Shown in pieces: positions 22,721-38,359 of a DNA stretch of 64,000 nucleotides. Origin of the DNA: Prochlorococcus sp. AG-679-M23 (GTDB lineage Bacteria > Cyanobacteriota > Cyanobacteriia > PCC-6307 > Cyanobiaceae); the NCBI GenBank assembly GCA_003208875.1, contig QCUR01000001.1, forward strand, positions 288,001 to 352,000, read 5' to 3'. The number at the start of each line of letters is the position of its first letter. Positions within the stretch are counted from its first letter, which is position 1. A model generated the notes under the pieces. It saw nothing but the letters and a program-made list of their open reading frames with translations, made no database searches and was not told where the DNA came from. The translations under genes and the position numbers were made by a program.

Positions 22721-24010
22721 TTAATTTTCAATGTCTTTGTTTTCTAATTTATTTACTTTATCTTCGACATCATTTTCATCAAATAAAGCGTTTAGGAATA
22801 TCTCTGCATTTTTTACCCATTTATCCTCAGAATTGCCGTATTCCCTAGCCTCGGGTAGGCCTAAAATTTTATCAGGAGTTATGCCCTTACCCTGAATATT
22901 ATTACCCTGAGGTGTTAAATAACTGGCAACAGTAATAGCGATACCACTGTCTTCACCTAAACTTTTCAAAGACTGAATAAGTCCTTTCCCATAAGTTTGT
23001 TCACCCATTAAAGTTGATCTCTTATTATCTTGCAGGGATCCTGCCAGGATTTCACTTGCGCTTGCAGTACCTTTGTTTACTAAAGTAACCATCGGGCCAT
23101 CAAAGGAAGTATTTTTCTGAGAAATTATTGCATCTTTAATGCCATTTCTATCTTTTGTTTCTACGATTGGTTTTTCGCTTAGAAACGAGTCTGCTACTGC
23201 TATTCCAGAACTTACTAACCCGCCAGAGTTGTTTCTTAAATCAAGTATTACCCCCTCAACTTCTTTATCTTTGAGTTCCTGAAGAGCCTCTTCAATTTTT
23301 TTTGGAACACTTTCGCTAAATTGAGTTATTCTTAAATATCCAATTGTATGAGAGTCATCTCTCAATCTCTTTGTTCTTACTGGTCTAAGGTCAACTGATC
23401 TTCTTTCTAAATCAATTTCTTTAGTCTCATCAGACATGGACTTAATTTGAACAAGAACCTTTGTTCCAGATTCCCCCCTAAGTTTTGATGCGGTATTTGC
23501 CAGCCCTAAGTCGGAACAAGATATTCCATCAACCTTATCTATTTTATCTCCACTAATTATCCCTGCTTCTTCGGCAGGAGATCCTGCTAATGTCGAAATA
23601 ACTTTGATTTCTTTAGTTATTTCATCTTCTCCTAATTGAAGTCCTACGCCATTTATTTCACTTCCAAAATTGCTTGTTTTCAGAAGTTCATAATCTTTTG
23701 GCTTTAATATTCTTGTAAAAGGATCTTCAAGAGGTTTCAACATATCTTCAATTGCAGAATAAGCCTCATCACTTGTTTCAATTTGTTTCTGTAATGTTTT
23801 TTGTCTAATCCTCTTCCACTGGATTTCATCAAGCCTTTCTGGATCATAATATCCCTCATTTACTAACGTCCAAGCGTCAAGTACAAATTGCTTGCTATCA
23901 CTAAGCGCATTGACGCTTGGAATATATAAAAAATTGGTAGATAAAATACAGATCATTATGATTATGATCCATTTTTTGAATATTAAAAATTTGTTAAAAG
24001 ATGAATTCAT
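22721..24010 (-). CDS. ctpA: Carboxyl-terminal processing protease (S41)
   Basis: PDZ GVGL, LDLRNNSGG, TASASE, GKGLIQ. Confidence 0.9.
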   Translation of the reverse strand: MNSSFNKFLIFKKWIIIIMICILSTNFLYIPSVNALSDSKQFVLDAWTLVNEGYYDPERLDEIQWKRIRQKTLQKQIETSDEAYSAIEDMLKPLEDPFTRILKPKDYELLKTSNFGSEINGVGLQLGEDEITKEIKVISTLAGSPAEEAGIISGDKIDKVDGISCSDLGLANTASKLRGESGTKVLVQIKSMSDETKEIDLERRSVDLRPVRTKRLRDDSHTIGYLRITQFSESVPKKIEEALQELKDKEVEGVILDLRNNSGGLVSSGIAVADSFLSEKPIVETKDRNGIKDAIISQKNTSFDGPMVTLVNKGTASASEILAGSLQDNKRSTLMGEQTYGKGLIQSLKSLGEDSGIAITVASYLTPQGNNIQGKGITPDKILGLPEAREYGNSEDKWVKNAEIFLNALFDENDVEDKVNKLENKDIEN

Positions 24011-24079
24011 TGGGTTAAGTGTTAACACCAAGTAAGTGAATTTTAAGTAAGCTCTTTATATCAAAGCTATTTTTTTTGG

Positions 24080-24736
24080 ATGTCTGATTCCTCTTCCGTT
24101 TATGACTGGTTTCAAGAGAGACTTGAAATTCAAGACATAACTGACGACGTAACTTCCAAGTACGTACCCCCTCACGTAAATATATTTTACTGTTTAGGAG
24201 GCATAACTTTAGTATGCTTCTTAATTCAATTTGCAACAGGTTTTGCAATGACTTTTTATTATAAGCCGACTGTTACCCAAGCTTATAATTCTGTTAGCTA
24301 TTTAATGACTGATGTAAGTTTTGGCTGGTTAATTAGATCTGTTCATAGATGGAGTGCTTCTATGATGGTATTAATGTTAATTCTACATGTATTTAGGGTA
24401 TATCTTACTGGAGGATTTAAAAGACCAAGAGAATTAACATGGGTAACGGGGGTTGTCATGGCAGTTATAACAGTTGCTTTCGGAGTTACTGGATATTCAC
24501 TTCCATGGGACCAAGTTGGATACTGGGCAGTTAAAATAGTTTCAGGTGTTCCTGCAGCAATACCGATTATTGGTGATTTTATGGTTGAACTTCTTCGAGG
24601 AGGAGAAAGTGTTGGTCAATCTACTCTAACTAGATTTTATAGCCTCCATACTTTTGTTCTACCTTGGTCTTTAGCTGTATTTATGCTTATGCATTTTTTA
24701 ATGATTCGTAAACAAGGTATTTCAGGTCCGTTATAA
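24080..24736 (+). CDS. petB: Cytochrome b6
   Basis: [11 protein letters not shown]...RKQGISGPL. Confidence 0.99.
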   Translation: MSDSSSVYDWFQERLEIQDITDDVTSKYVPPHVNIFYCLGGITLVCFLIQFATGFAMTFYYKPTVTQAYNSVSYLMTDVSFGWLIRSVHRWSASMMVLMLILHVFRVYLTGGFKRPRELTWVTGVVMAVITVAFGVTGYSLPWDQVGYWAVKIVSGVPAAIPIIGDFMVELLRGGESVGQSTLTRFYSLHTFVLPWSLAVFMLMHFLMIRKQGISGPL

Positions 24737-24778
24737 ACCCTTATAATCCTAAAAACTGAACATTTTGAATTATTTTAT

Positions 24779-25261
24779 ATGTCTACTTTAAAAAAACCTG
24801 ATTTATCTGATCCGAAATTAAGAGCTAAGTTAGCTAAAGGTATGGGCCATAATTATTATGGTGAGCCTGCTTGGCCAAACGATCTTTTGTATATTTTCCC
24901 CGTTGTAATACTTGGAACTATTGCTTGTGTAGTTGGTCTTGCTGTCTTAGATCCTGCGATGTTGGGAGACAAAGCTAATCCATTTGCTACCCCTCTAGAA
25001 ATTTTGCCTGAGTGGTATCTCTATCCCGTATTTCAAATTCTGAGGGTTGTTCCTAATAAGCTACTTGGTATCGCTCTTCAAACATTAATTCCTCTTGGAT
25101 TAATGATCCTACCCTTTATTGAAAATGTAAACAAATTCTCTAATCCTTTTAGGAGACCAGTTGCGATGTCAGTCTTTCTTTTTGGAACCTTTTTAACTAT
25201 TTATTTAGGAATTGGTGCTTGCTTACCTATTGATAAATCTCTTACTTTGGGATTATTTTAA
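24779..25261 (+). CDS. petD: Cytochrome b6-f subunit IV
   Basis: [18 protein letters not shown]. Confidence 0.99.
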   Translation: MSTLKKPDLSDPKLRAKLAKGMGHNYYGEPAWPNDLLYIFPVVILGTIACVVGLAVLDPAMLGDKANPFATPLEILPEWYLYPVFQILRVVPNKLLGIALQTLIPLGLMILPFIENVNKFSNPFRRPVAMSVFLFGTFLTIYLGIGACLPIDKSLTLGLF

Positions 25262-25267
25262 AGTTCT

Positions 25268-26707
25268 TCAAAGATTAAACATGTCTAAATCATCATTATC
25301 TTCTCTTAGAAAGTGATGCATCAATAAAAATCCAACTATTGTCCATGTCTGATAGGTTCTTGACTGCTGTCCAACCCATGTACCAGTAGGTCCGTCAAAA
25401 TATTCTGCCCACTCTTGTTTTGGTAATTGATTAAGTTGACACCAATATGATTCTTCTATTAAAGATCTCATCTCTTCCATTAAAATCACATCTTCAGTAG
25501 GAAATTTTTTTTGATGTAAAAGAACAGAAGCTCCAAAATACCAAAGTAAACTTGGCCAATGACCTCCGTTATGATAACTCCAAGGCCAGTTTTTAGGATC
25601 TGACCCTGTTTTATTTTGCCACTCCTCTACATCCATGTGAGGGTGACATATTCTCATCGGCATTTGTGCCATAAGATGTTGTCTGTTGTGAAGCACTAGT
25701 CTAAAAAGTGCTCTTTGTTCTTCAGATGGGAGGACTCCAAACATGCATGCTAAAGAATTCCCTAAGCTATAAAATCTAAAGTCAGGTCTACCAGTCCTAA
25801 TATTGCCTATTAAATATCCACCTCTGTTCTCTAACCAGTCCTGTAGCCATGAAGGGACTACCTGAGGTTGAACATTAAATTCATTAAAATGTTGGTCATC
25901 ACCGTATTGTTCTGTTGGCCTTCTTCTTAAAATTTGCATTGTTTGGCTTGTAACCCAGTAATGCTTTAAAAGAAAACTTCTTAAATCCTCAACCCATTGA
26001 CTAGTAAGAATAAGTCTCTGTTCTAATAATCTACTAACGTGATCTTCACGGCTTAATTCCATTAGATTTATACAACTTTTTAAACATCCATGAAGTAAAA
26101 CCTCCACTTCCAAAGGTGCGCCCCAGACATCCATTGGTCTATCAATCATAAATGCACAGTCTGGAACGAAAAGAACAGGTGTCCCCTCAAATGTTGGATG
26201 TAAAACTAAATCTAGTAAAAGTTGAATCCCTCTCTGCACACTTTGGCTTTTACCAAATGAATGGTCACCACTCTTGTTGACATAAAACCAGCATAATATT
26301 GGCCACCATAAACTCGCATCAGCAGAAGTAATTCTTCCTATGGATCTCTGGCCATAGTCGCCAATTAATTTTCCTTTCTCTTCGACAAAACTTGTGGGGA
26401 ATACACCCCTTGTTTGATAATTAGTACTTTGCAGCTCAAGACATACCTTTAAAAACTTTTTTACAATATCGTACCTTTTTTGGGTAATGAGATAAATCAT
26501 TACTGGAACATTATCTCTTAGAAAAATTTCACCATAATTTAACTTGAGATTTTTTGTAGGGTGTTCTAGTGCCGCAACACTGCCAACCAACTCCCCTGAA
26601 ATTTCAACTAAGGTCTTTTCAAAGTGCTTTTTTGCATTTGTTACAATTTTGTCTTCATCTGAACTTGGACGAACTCTTAAATTTTTTTGACTAAATCTTT
26701 CTGCCAT
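25268..26707 (-). CDS. Alkaline/neutral invertase (GH100)
   Basis: FLRD, DYGQRSIGR, WSYHNGGHWP, EYFDG. Confidence 0.9.
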   Translation of the reverse strand: MAERFSQKNLRVRPSSDEDKIVTNAKKHFEKTLVEISGELVGSVAALEHPTKNLKLNYGEIFLRDNVPVMIYLITQKRYDIVKKFLKVCLELQSTNYQTRGVFPTSFVEEKGKLIGDYGQRSIGRITSADASLWWPILCWFYVNKSGDHSFGKSQSVQRGIQLLLDLVLHPTFEGTPVLFVPDCAFMIDRPMDVWGAPLEVEVLLHGCLKSCINLMELSREDHVSRLLEQRLILTSQWVEDLRSFLLKHYWVTSQTMQILRRRPTEQYGDDQHFNEFNVQPQVVPSWLQDWLENRGGYLIGNIRTGRPDFRFYSLGNSLACMFGVLPSEEQRALFRLVLHNRQHLMAQMPMRICHPHMDVEEWQNKTGSDPKNWPWSYHNGGHWPSLLWYFGASVLLHQKKFPTEDVILMEEMRSLIEESYWCQLNQLPKQEWAEYFDGPTGTWVGQQSRTYQTWTIVGFLLMHHFLREDNDDLDMFNL

Positions 26708-27318
26708 TTCAGTTGAATCCCTTTAATTAAGCCTAGTTCTTTAAGTGGACTTTGAACAAAATAAAAATTAATAAAAAAATTTTGTATAAAAGGTTGCAAA
26801 ACTACAGTCGGATGGTTTAGTATTTTCTTCTGGGCAAAAATATTTTTTTTGCATTATTCAAACAATTATCTTAAATCTAATTTTTGGTAAATGAATGAAT
26901 TGTATGGAGATTTGATTTCTATCATTATCTTTAGCCAGTAGAAGGGTTTTCCTTCGAATTGGGTTATTCATTTATTGATTAACTCTGCACCTAGAAAATT
27001 TAAAACTTAGGAACTGATGCTTTTATTGCGTCAAGAATTTATCGAATTTATTTTTGGTAATTTTGAGATGTATTTGCAATAAAGGTGTGAGGTCCCGTCA
27101 AGAATATATAAATTGTTTTCAATTGCTAACTTTTTAGTCTTTTGAAAACCAACGGATCTGAGATCTTGGAAAGTCACTTTGAAATATTTTTAATGTGCAC
27201 TCAAAGTAATCCTTAATTATCTAAGGAGGCTGAACCTAAATTACTTAAGTCAATCTTATGTTTATTTGGAGAACGCAATTCATATTGAGTAGATTTTGTC
27301 TACAAAAGGATTTGAACA

Positions 27319-28802
<1,484 letters not shown>

Positions 28803-28925
28803 CAGGGAGACAACAAAATGTAAATATTAATTTTGTCACCTTAGGTCGATCGGTATCTCAGATTCTTATTTTTTAAGAATTTCAGTTTCTAAGTTTTTTC
28901 TAGGTCACACCCATCACTTTTTCCT

Positions 28926-28999
<74 letters not shown>

Positions 29000-29011
29000 T
29001 ATCTCTATGTT

Positions 29012-29084
29012 GGGGGTATAGCTCAGTTGGTAGAGCGCCTGCTTTGCAAGCAGGATGTCAGCGGTTCGAGTCCGCTTACCTCCA
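29012..29084 (+). tRNA. trnA: tRNA-Ala(TGC)
   Basis: GGGGGTATAGCTCAG...TTTGCAA...CCTCCA in the ITS. Confidence 0.97.
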
Positions 29085-29351
29085 CTGAATACCACCTCTT
29101 ACATATATTAAAAGAGGGAAATTGTTTTGAGTCGTGTCCTATTTTGCTCTGAGCGAATCTAGCTTCCTATTTTATTTAATAAATAAGATGCTGGACTCAT
29201 TGAATTTTTTTCATTGTTTTCAGAGAACCTTGACAACTGCATAGATTATTTTTGAAGACAATAAGCATCTTTAATGATGCAGATTTATTATTTGTGCGAA
29301 TGCATTAAATAACAATTCTATTAAGCTGATGCTTCAATTATTGAAGTTATT

Positions 29352-32226
<2,875 letters not shown>

Positions 32227-32287
32227 AATAAACTTAATTTATTGTCTTTAATTTATATTTTCTATGCAGTTCTCAAGGTTCACACTA

Positions 32288-32404
32288 TCCTGGTGTTCAT
32301 GGCGATGTGGAACCACTCCGATCCATCTCGAACTCGGTTGTGAAACGCATCAGCGGCGAAAATATTTAGGGGGTAGCCCCTTGAGAAAATAGCTCAATGC
32401 CAGG
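32288..32404 (+). rRNA. rrf: 5S rRNA
   Basis: TCCTGGTG...CGAAC...GCCAGG. Confidence 0.96.
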
Positions 32405-32416
32405 TAAAATATTTTA

Positions 32417-32450
32417 AAGGGTTTACTTTTATTAAAGTAAACCCTTTTTT
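32417..32450. terminator. Bidirectional terminator between rrn and mutM
   Basis: AAAGGGTTTACTTT-loop-AAAGTAAACCCTTT followed by a T run. Confidence 0.85.
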
Positions 32451-33327
32451 ACTTCTGACATTTACGGCACCAATGTGTACTTCTTCCTGAAATCTTTTTT
32501 CTTTCAATTAAATTTTTGCATTGACGACATTTTTTACCAGTTCTTCTATAAACATTAGTTTGTAATCCAAAATTGCCATTTTCACCTTCTAAGTCTCTAA
32601 AGTCACTAAAGGTTGTCCCCCCTGCACCAATACTTTTTTTTAAAACTTCGACGATAGCTCTAATAAGTCTTTTTATTTCATTTTTTTTAATTGTTCTAGC
32701 CTCTCTAAAAGGCGATATGCCTGCAGAGTATAGACTCTCATCTGCATATATATTCCCTATCCCAGCAATTATTGTTTGATCTAATAAGATAGATTTTATG
32801 GATCTTGATTTGTTTGAAATTATATTTTTTAGATAATTGACATTAAAATTTTCAGAAAAGGGCTCAGGTCCCAATGTTCCTAATCCCTTAATAATATTAT
32901 TAGGCGATAATCCGTCTCTAACCCACCACATTTGACCAAAACTCCTTACATCAATATATCTAAGTTCATTATTATCGTTATCAAACAGCCTTATTCTGGT
33001 ATGTTTACAAGGATCAGTAAGAGTATTATTAAAAGTGAAATAACCAGTCATCCTTAAATGAACGATTAGAACACCATTTTCTACAAATGATAATTCATTT
33101 GCATCATTATTATTACTAATAGTTTTCTTTAATTCCGCGATTAAATATTTTCCTCTTCTATCCCATTTATATATAAGTGAGTTTAGAAGACCTTCAATAA
33201 AGTCTCTTTTATCGATCGGATACGCAACAGTTGACTCTCTACAGATTTCAACTCTTTTGATAATAAAATTCTTGAGTTTTTGTTCTAAACCTCTTCTAAC
33301 CGTCTCAACTTCTGGTAACTCAGGCAA
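32449..33327 (-). CDS. mutM: Formamidopyrimidine-DNA glycosylase
   Basis: [24 protein letters not shown]-terminal Zn finger. Confidence 0.97.
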   Translation of the reverse strand: MPELPEVETVRRGLEQKLKNFIIKRVEICRESTVAYPIDKRDFIEGLLNSLIYKWDRRGKYLIAELKKTISNNNDANELSFVENGVLIVHLRMTGYFTFNNTLTDPCKHTRIRLFDNDNNELRYIDVRSFGQMWWVRDGLSPNNIIKGLGTLGPEPFSENFNVNYLKNIISNKSRSIKSILLDQTIIAGIGNIYADESLYSAGISPFREARTIKKNEIKRLIRAIVEVLKKSIGAGGTTFSDFRDLEGENGNFGLQTNVYRRTGKKCRQCKNLIERKKISGRSTHWCRKCQK

Positions 33328-33331
33328 GTTT

Positions 33332-33541
33332 CTAGGTTTTCTCTAATTCACTTTCTGCAAAATTATTAGTATTTGCTCCTCCTTCAGTTCCACTTATTCC
33401 CCCATAATTCACTTTTTCAAATCTCACTACACAGTTATACTTGATTCCAGTTGTATCGACTGAAGCAACTTTGCCAATTTCGTTGTACCAGTATGACTCT
33501 GGTCTTTTAATTCTTACAAGATCTCCTCTTGAAATTGCCAT
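33332..33541 (-). CDS. psaE: Photosystem I subunit IV
   Basis: [10 protein letters not shown]...NTNNFA. Confidence 0.96.
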   Translation of the reverse strand: MAISRGDLVRIKRPESYWYNEIGKVASVDTTGIKYNCVVRFEKVNYGGISGTEGGANTNNFAESELEKT

Positions 33542-33621
33542 TAATTTAAATTTAACTAGTAAAACAATACCTCAAAAGGGATATCTAACCAAAAACTATT
33601 CACAGATATTAATCAAATTAA

Positions 33622-34383
33622 TTAACAGAAATCATTTATAAGATCTTTTTCAAATTTTTCTTTAGCCGGAATCCAACCCCTCCATTTTCTTCCAGGAATT
33701 CTTACATCTAAATCTTTTGTTGAACACTTTACAGAGATAATAACTTTTTTGTTATTTTGATTTAGGGCGTTTAGAAATTTTCTACCACTTCCTTCTTCTA
33801 ATTCGGTTTGTTGAATTGTTAAAGGACCATATTTTTTACTCTCTTTACTTATAAATTGATTAATGTTTTCTTCTTTAAGTGAAGTATTAACTTCTTGATT
33901 ATTGATATTCTTTTCACTTAAAAATAATTTCGAACCAACTTCTAATGAATCTGGATTCTTGAGATTATTAATTTTAATAAGTTCTTTAAAGTTTAAACCA
34001 TATTTAGTAGAAATTTCTGTAAGACTCTCCCCTTTTTGGACGAGATGATAGCTATTATTTATATCCTTATTAGGTTTATTTTCTTGACTAGAATCATAAA
34101 TTTTTAGATTTTGTCCTACATATATATAATTTTCATCTTTTAAATTATTTAATTTAATAATGAAATCTTTTTTTATTGAATAAAGATTTGAGATACTTGT
34201 AATCGTATCGCCCACTTGAACTATATGAGTTTTTTTAAAGTCTGATATTTCATTATTAGATGATTCTACCTTCGTAGTATTTTCAATTTGATTATTTGAT
34301 GAATCAATAATTTCTTCAGCCTTTATAAAATTAGTATTGAAAAAATTAATAATGAAGGCAAATAAAATAAACGTTAATTTCAT
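33622..34383 (-). CDS. Exported LysM-domain protein
   Basis: Signal peptide and two LysM repeats (HIVQVGDTI, HLVQKGESL). Confidence 0.88.
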   Translation of the reverse strand: MKLTFILFAFIINFFNTNFIKAEEIIDSSNNQIENTTKVESSNNEISDFKKTHIVQVGDTITSISNLYSIKKDFIIKLNNLKDENYIYVGQNLKIYDSSQENKPNKDINNSYHLVQKGESLTEISTKYGLNFKELIKINNLKNPDSLEVGSKLFLSEKNINNQEVNTSLKEENINQFISKESKKYGPLTIQQTELEEGSGRKFLNALNQNNKKVIISVKCSTKDLDVRIPGRKWRGWIPAKEKFEKDLINDFC

Positions 34384-34455
34384 TAATTTATCTATTTTCT
34401 TAAAGATAATCTCTGTATTTAAAATCGCTAGACTTTTGAAACCAAACTAATTAAT

Positions 34456-35847
34456 TTAAATCTTAAAAATAAATTTTATAATTTTCATTACTTTGTCATA
34501 AGGTGGGTATCTCAAATTCAAATCAAATAAAAAGCCTTTGTAAGTTATGGATTTTTGATTTGAAAAGTTCTTAAATCCTTCTTCTCCATGAAATTTACCC
34601 ATTCCACTTTTTCCAACCCCTCCAAATGGTAAATTTGGAATAAGTACAGGCAACATAACATCGTTAATACAAACGGTGCCAGAGCTTGTAACTTTAGAAA
34701 TATGATCATGGATTTTTTTGTTTCCTCCAAAAATATATATTGCTAAGGGCTTTGAAGCTTGATTAATTTTTTTTAATGCTGAATCTTTATTGTCAATCCC
34801 AATAACTGGAAGAAGGGAGCTAAATAATTCTTTTTGAATAATATTTTTATCTTGTAATTTTACTTTTAAAATTGTGGGTGATATCTTCATTCTTTTTTTA
34901 CTACAAGTTCCTCCAAACAAAATACGTTTCTCCTTTTTATATCTTTTGAGAAGTTCTGAAGTCATGGAAAATTGGTTTTTTTGCAATTTGGATAAGTTTT
35001 TTGAGATTATTGGATCTTCTCCATAAAAAATATTTATAAATTTTTTTAACTCTTCAACTAATTGATTTTCAATTTCTTTCTCTACAAATATATGATTAGG
35101 CGCCATACATGATTGGCCTGAATTGAAAAATTTGCCCCATACAATTCTTTTTGCTGCAATTTCTAAATTTGCATTTTTGAAAATAATTACTGGATTTGTT
35201 CCACTAAGTTCCAAAGTTAATGGAGTTAAGTTTGTTGAAGCTGATTTCATAATAGATTTTCCCGTTTCAGTACTTCCTGTAAAAAAAATATGATCGAAAT
35301 TTTGTTCTACCAGTTTTATTGACTCTTTATAGTCTCCCTCAATCGTTAACAAAATATCTTTTTGGAAATATTTATCAGTTAATTTTTTGATTAGTTTAGA
35401 TGTAGAAGAACATTTTTCTGATGGTTTTATTACAGCAGTATTTCCCGAAGAAAAAATATTTACGAGGGGCTTTAAGAGATACAATAAAGGATAATTATAT
35501 GGCCCTAAAATCAGAACACAACCTAGTGGTTCGTAGATTACTTTTGAGAATGATGGGAAAAGATATATTGGCGTTTTTACCTTTTTTGGTCGCATCCATA
35601 ATCTAAGATTCTTCTTTATTAAGGAAATTTCTTCTTTAATTAAGAGTATTTCTGAAAGAGCTTCAAGTTCTGATTTACCTAGATCAAGGAAAAGAGCTTT
35701 GATTATTTCTTTTTTATTCTCATCTAAAAGTTGAGAAATCTTGCTAATCTGCTGGATCCTCCAACTTATACTCTCTGTTTGACCAGTAATTACTTTATTT
35801 TTTAATTTCTCAATATTTGATTTATACGATTTATCTAAAATATTCAT
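34456..35847 (-). CDS. Aldehyde dehydrogenase (ALDH3-like)
   Basis: PYNYP, KPSE, FTGS, LEL, GQSC, PFGGVG. Confidence 0.92.
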   Translation of the reverse strand: MNILDKSYKSNIEKLKNKVITGQTESISWRIQQISKISQLLDENKKEIIKALFLDLGKSELEALSEILLIKEEISLIKKNLRLWMRPKKVKTPIYLFPSFSKVIYEPLGCVLILGPYNYPLLYLLKPLVNIFSSGNTAVIKPSEKCSSTSKLIKKLTDKYFQKDILLTIEGDYKESIKLVEQNFDHIFFTGSTETGKSIMKSASTNLTPLTLELSGTNPVIIFKNANLEIAAKRIVWGKFFNSGQSCMAPNHIFVEKEIENQLVEELKKFINIFYGEDPIISKNLSKLQKNQFSMTSELLKRYKKEKRILFGGTCSKKRMKISPTILKVKLQDKNIIQKELFSSLLPVIGIDNKDSALKKINQASKPLAIYIFGGNKKIHDHISKVTSSGTVCINDVMLPVLIPNLPFGGVGKSGMGKFHGEEGFKNFSNQKSITYKGFLFDLNLRYPPYDKVMKIIKFIFKI

Positions 35848-35966
35848 CTAGAAAATTTTTTATATGATAGTTAATATATCAGATTAATAATATTAAATAT
35901 CGATAAATTATTTAAACAAATAAGGCCTTATTATTTTTATAAATAATATCAATATTAAATCATATT

Positions 35967-36548
35967 TTGAAAATAATAAGAAAAGAAGCACAATTTATTA
36001 TTCCTTCTTTTTTATGTTTTTTATTATTTATATTTATAAATTTTAAGCGCTTTTTCTTGGTTTCAGACCTTTCCTATTGGTCGAGTTATCTTATTAATCA
36101 ACCTTATAGGATATTAAGCTATAGTTTTGTTCATAAAGATTTTAATCATTTATTATCTAATTTATTTGGAATAATTGTAGTTAGATATTGTTTTATAAAT
36201 TTGAACTTAAAGAATATTTTTCTTTTCCTTTATCTAATTATTTTATTAATACCAATTCAGACTTTTTTTTTATTTATACTAGATAATTTTATATTTTATA
36301 ATCCTAATCATTTGTTGGTTGGTTTTAGTGGAATTATATTTGGTACATTTTCCTTTATATTGCTTTCCTCTCTTTATGGTAAAGAATATATTTTAAATAT
36401 TTTTATTGGCTTGAAAAAGAACAGTGAAATTTATAAATTAATGACCGTTTTTTTGTCTTTGGGGATTGTTTATTCTTTTTTACCAAGCATAAGCTTATCT
36501 GGACATATCGCAGGAATATTGAGTGGCTTTATTATTTTTATTCTTTGA
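35967..36548 (+). CDS. Rhomboid-family intramembrane serine protease
   Basis: H.D..HL..N, GFSG catalytic Ser, GHIAG catalytic His. Confidence 0.8.
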   Translation: MKIIRKEAQFIIPSFLCFLLFIFINFKRFFLVSDLSYWSSYLINQPYRILSYSFVHKDFNHLLSNLFGIIVVRYCFINLNLKNIFLFLYLIILLIPIQTFFLFILDNFIFYNPNHLLVGFSGIIFGTFSFILLSSLYGKEYILNIFIGLKKNSEIYKLMTVFLSLGIVYSFLPSISLSGHIAGILSGFIIFIL

Positions 36549-36635
36549 AGCGAGAATATATTTTTCCTTAGTAATGATTAAATTAACTACATCTAAATCT
36601 TAAACATCTTATTTAATTTAGTTAATATATTATTA

Positions 36636-37526
36636 ATGAATAAAAATTTTTCAATCAGACTAATATCTAATAATGAGATCCAGAAAGTTACTGATTGGGC
36701 TAGGTTAGAGGGATTTGCTCCTGGATTTGATGACATCTCAATTTATAAAAATACCGATAAAAAAGGGATATGGGTTGGATGTCTTGATGACGATCCTATA
36801 GGTTCTATAGCTTGTGTTAAATATAATTCTTCTTATGGATTTATAGGATTATTCATCGTAAAAAAAGAATTCCGAAATATGGGTTATGGAGTGAGATTAT
36901 GGAAACATGCATTAGATTATTTGAAAAATGTTGGTTGTATTGGTTTAGAAGCAGCTCCAAACAGATTAGATGATTATCAAAGGTGGGGTTTTAAAAAATC
37001 TTCCATAACAAATAGATGGAAATTAGAAGGCATTCAAGATTTACCAAATGGGAATTTTTATAAAGATGATAATAATACTTTTAGTGTTGTTCCAGGTAAC
37101 CAAATTCCCCCTGAAGCTGTTTTAATATACGATTCGCAACGAGAACCTAGTCCTAGGCCTCACTTCTTGAACGATTGGCTGAAGAATTCTTTTGGAAATG
37201 TTAGTGCGCTTGTTGATAATAATGGCATGTGCCATGGCTTTGGGAGGATAAGACCTTGTATGCTTCAAGATAATAATAAAGGTTGGCGAATTGGCCCTCT
37301 TTTGGCTGATACTCCTCCTTTGGCAGAATTGCTTATTAGAAAATTAGTTAGGAATCTAGAAGCTCAAATCTTCTTGGACTGTTCGAATCTCAATCCTTAT
37401 GCAAATTATCTTTTATCTAGTATGGGTTTTAAAGAAATTTCACAAACTTATAGAATGTATAAAGGAATTCAACCTTCATGCCCAATGAATCAGGTATACG
37501 GGCTTGCTTGTTTAGAGTTGGGCTAG
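36636..37526 (+). CDS. GNAT acetyltransferase (tandem-GNAT, YitH-like)
   Basis: FIGLFIVKKEFRNMGYG; RIGPLLAD. Confidence 0.85.
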   Translation: MNKNFSIRLISNNEIQKVTDWARLEGFAPGFDDISIYKNTDKKGIWVGCLDDDPIGSIACVKYNSSYGFIGLFIVKKEFRNMGYGVRLWKHALDYLKNVGCIGLEAAPNRLDDYQRWGFKKSSITNRWKLEGIQDLPNGNFYKDDNNTFSVVPGNQIPPEAVLIYDSQREPSPRPHFLNDWLKNSFGNVSALVDNNGMCHGFGRIRPCMLQDNNKGWRIGPLLADTPPLAELLIRKLVRNLEAQIFLDCSNLNPYANYLLSSMGFKEISQTYRMYKGIQPSCPMNQVYGLACLELG

Positions 37527-37621
37527 TCATTTTTCTAATACGGAATATTTTTTCTTACTTCTATTTATCTTTCATAACTAGAAACTTTATAGAGTTATTG
37601 CTTTATTAGATTTTGAGAAGG

Positions 37622-37876
37622 TTAATTTTCAGCTGTTTTTAATATCCTTTCTACAGTATCTGCATTGATTATTATGATCTCTCCATTATCAATGTCTGCC
37701 ACTTGAAACAACGTCCATGAATTTGGATTTCTTGCTCCTCCTATACAGTTAATAACTTGCCCAATCCAATATTTATGACGATCGTTTTGTGTATTTCCTG
37801 GAGGCTTTTCATTTTTAATTACTACATGATCTCCAGGCTTAACGAAAAGAAATTCATAAGTTTCCGAAGAGGCCAT
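37622..37876 (-). CDS. Conserved picocyanobacterial hypothetical protein (DUF3104-like)
   Basis: FLFVKPGDHV...WIGQV...GGARNP...LFQVADID.G.I..INAD. Confidence 0.75.
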   Translation of the reverse strand: MASSETYEFLFVKPGDHVVIKNEKPPGNTQNDRHKYWIGQVINCIGGARNPNSWTLFQVADIDNGEIIIINADTVERILKTAEN

Positions 37877-37892
37877 AGTGTACTATTCTTAA

Positions 37893-37908
37893 TAGTACAA
37901 ATATACTA
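37893..37908. promoter_or_regulatory. LexA-box-like site
   Basis: TAGTACA-AA-TATACTA vs the cyanobacterial consensus TAGTACA-N2-TGTACTA; 17 nt upstream of the 37876 start. Confidence 0.7.
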
Positions 37909-38090
37909 TAAAGTCTGTATTTTTGGTTTTACTTTATGAGTAGTATTTATTCTCCTAATCATGTAAAAATATAATTTATAAATAAAAAAGTCAAACTATT
38001 TAAATTAGAAATAATTACGAAACTATTCAAATTTTTAAATGACTTTGAGATTAAAAAATATAACTAAAAAGAATTAAAGTATCTGATCTT

Positions 38091-38225
38091 TTAAATTAAA
38101 ATAGATTTAAGTTGATCAAGGATATCAGTACGACTAGATACTAATTTTGTAAATAATAAATAAACTAACCCACCCATAGCAATTCTTCCATTTAATTTTT
38201 CTAACTGTTTGAGTTTCTTAAACAA
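38091..38225 (-). CDS. High-light-inducible protein (HLIP)-like, possibly degenerate
   Basis: Hand translation from TTG: LFKKLKQLEKLNGRIAMGGLVYLLFTKLVSSRTDILDQLKSILI; ExxNGRxAM motif. Confidence 0.6.
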   Translation of the reverse strand: MFKKLKQLEKLNGRIAMGGLVYLLFTKLVSSRTDILDQLKSILI

Positions 38226-38359
38226 TTTTTTTTTTATTCTTTTTAAAATTTAATCGCTTATATTAAAAAAAAAGTAGCGGTTGTTTCTAAAAATTATTTT
38301 ATTTGACCAACCTAGGTATATTAGTTTTCGTTAAAAATTTATTTCAATAGTGGAGGAGA

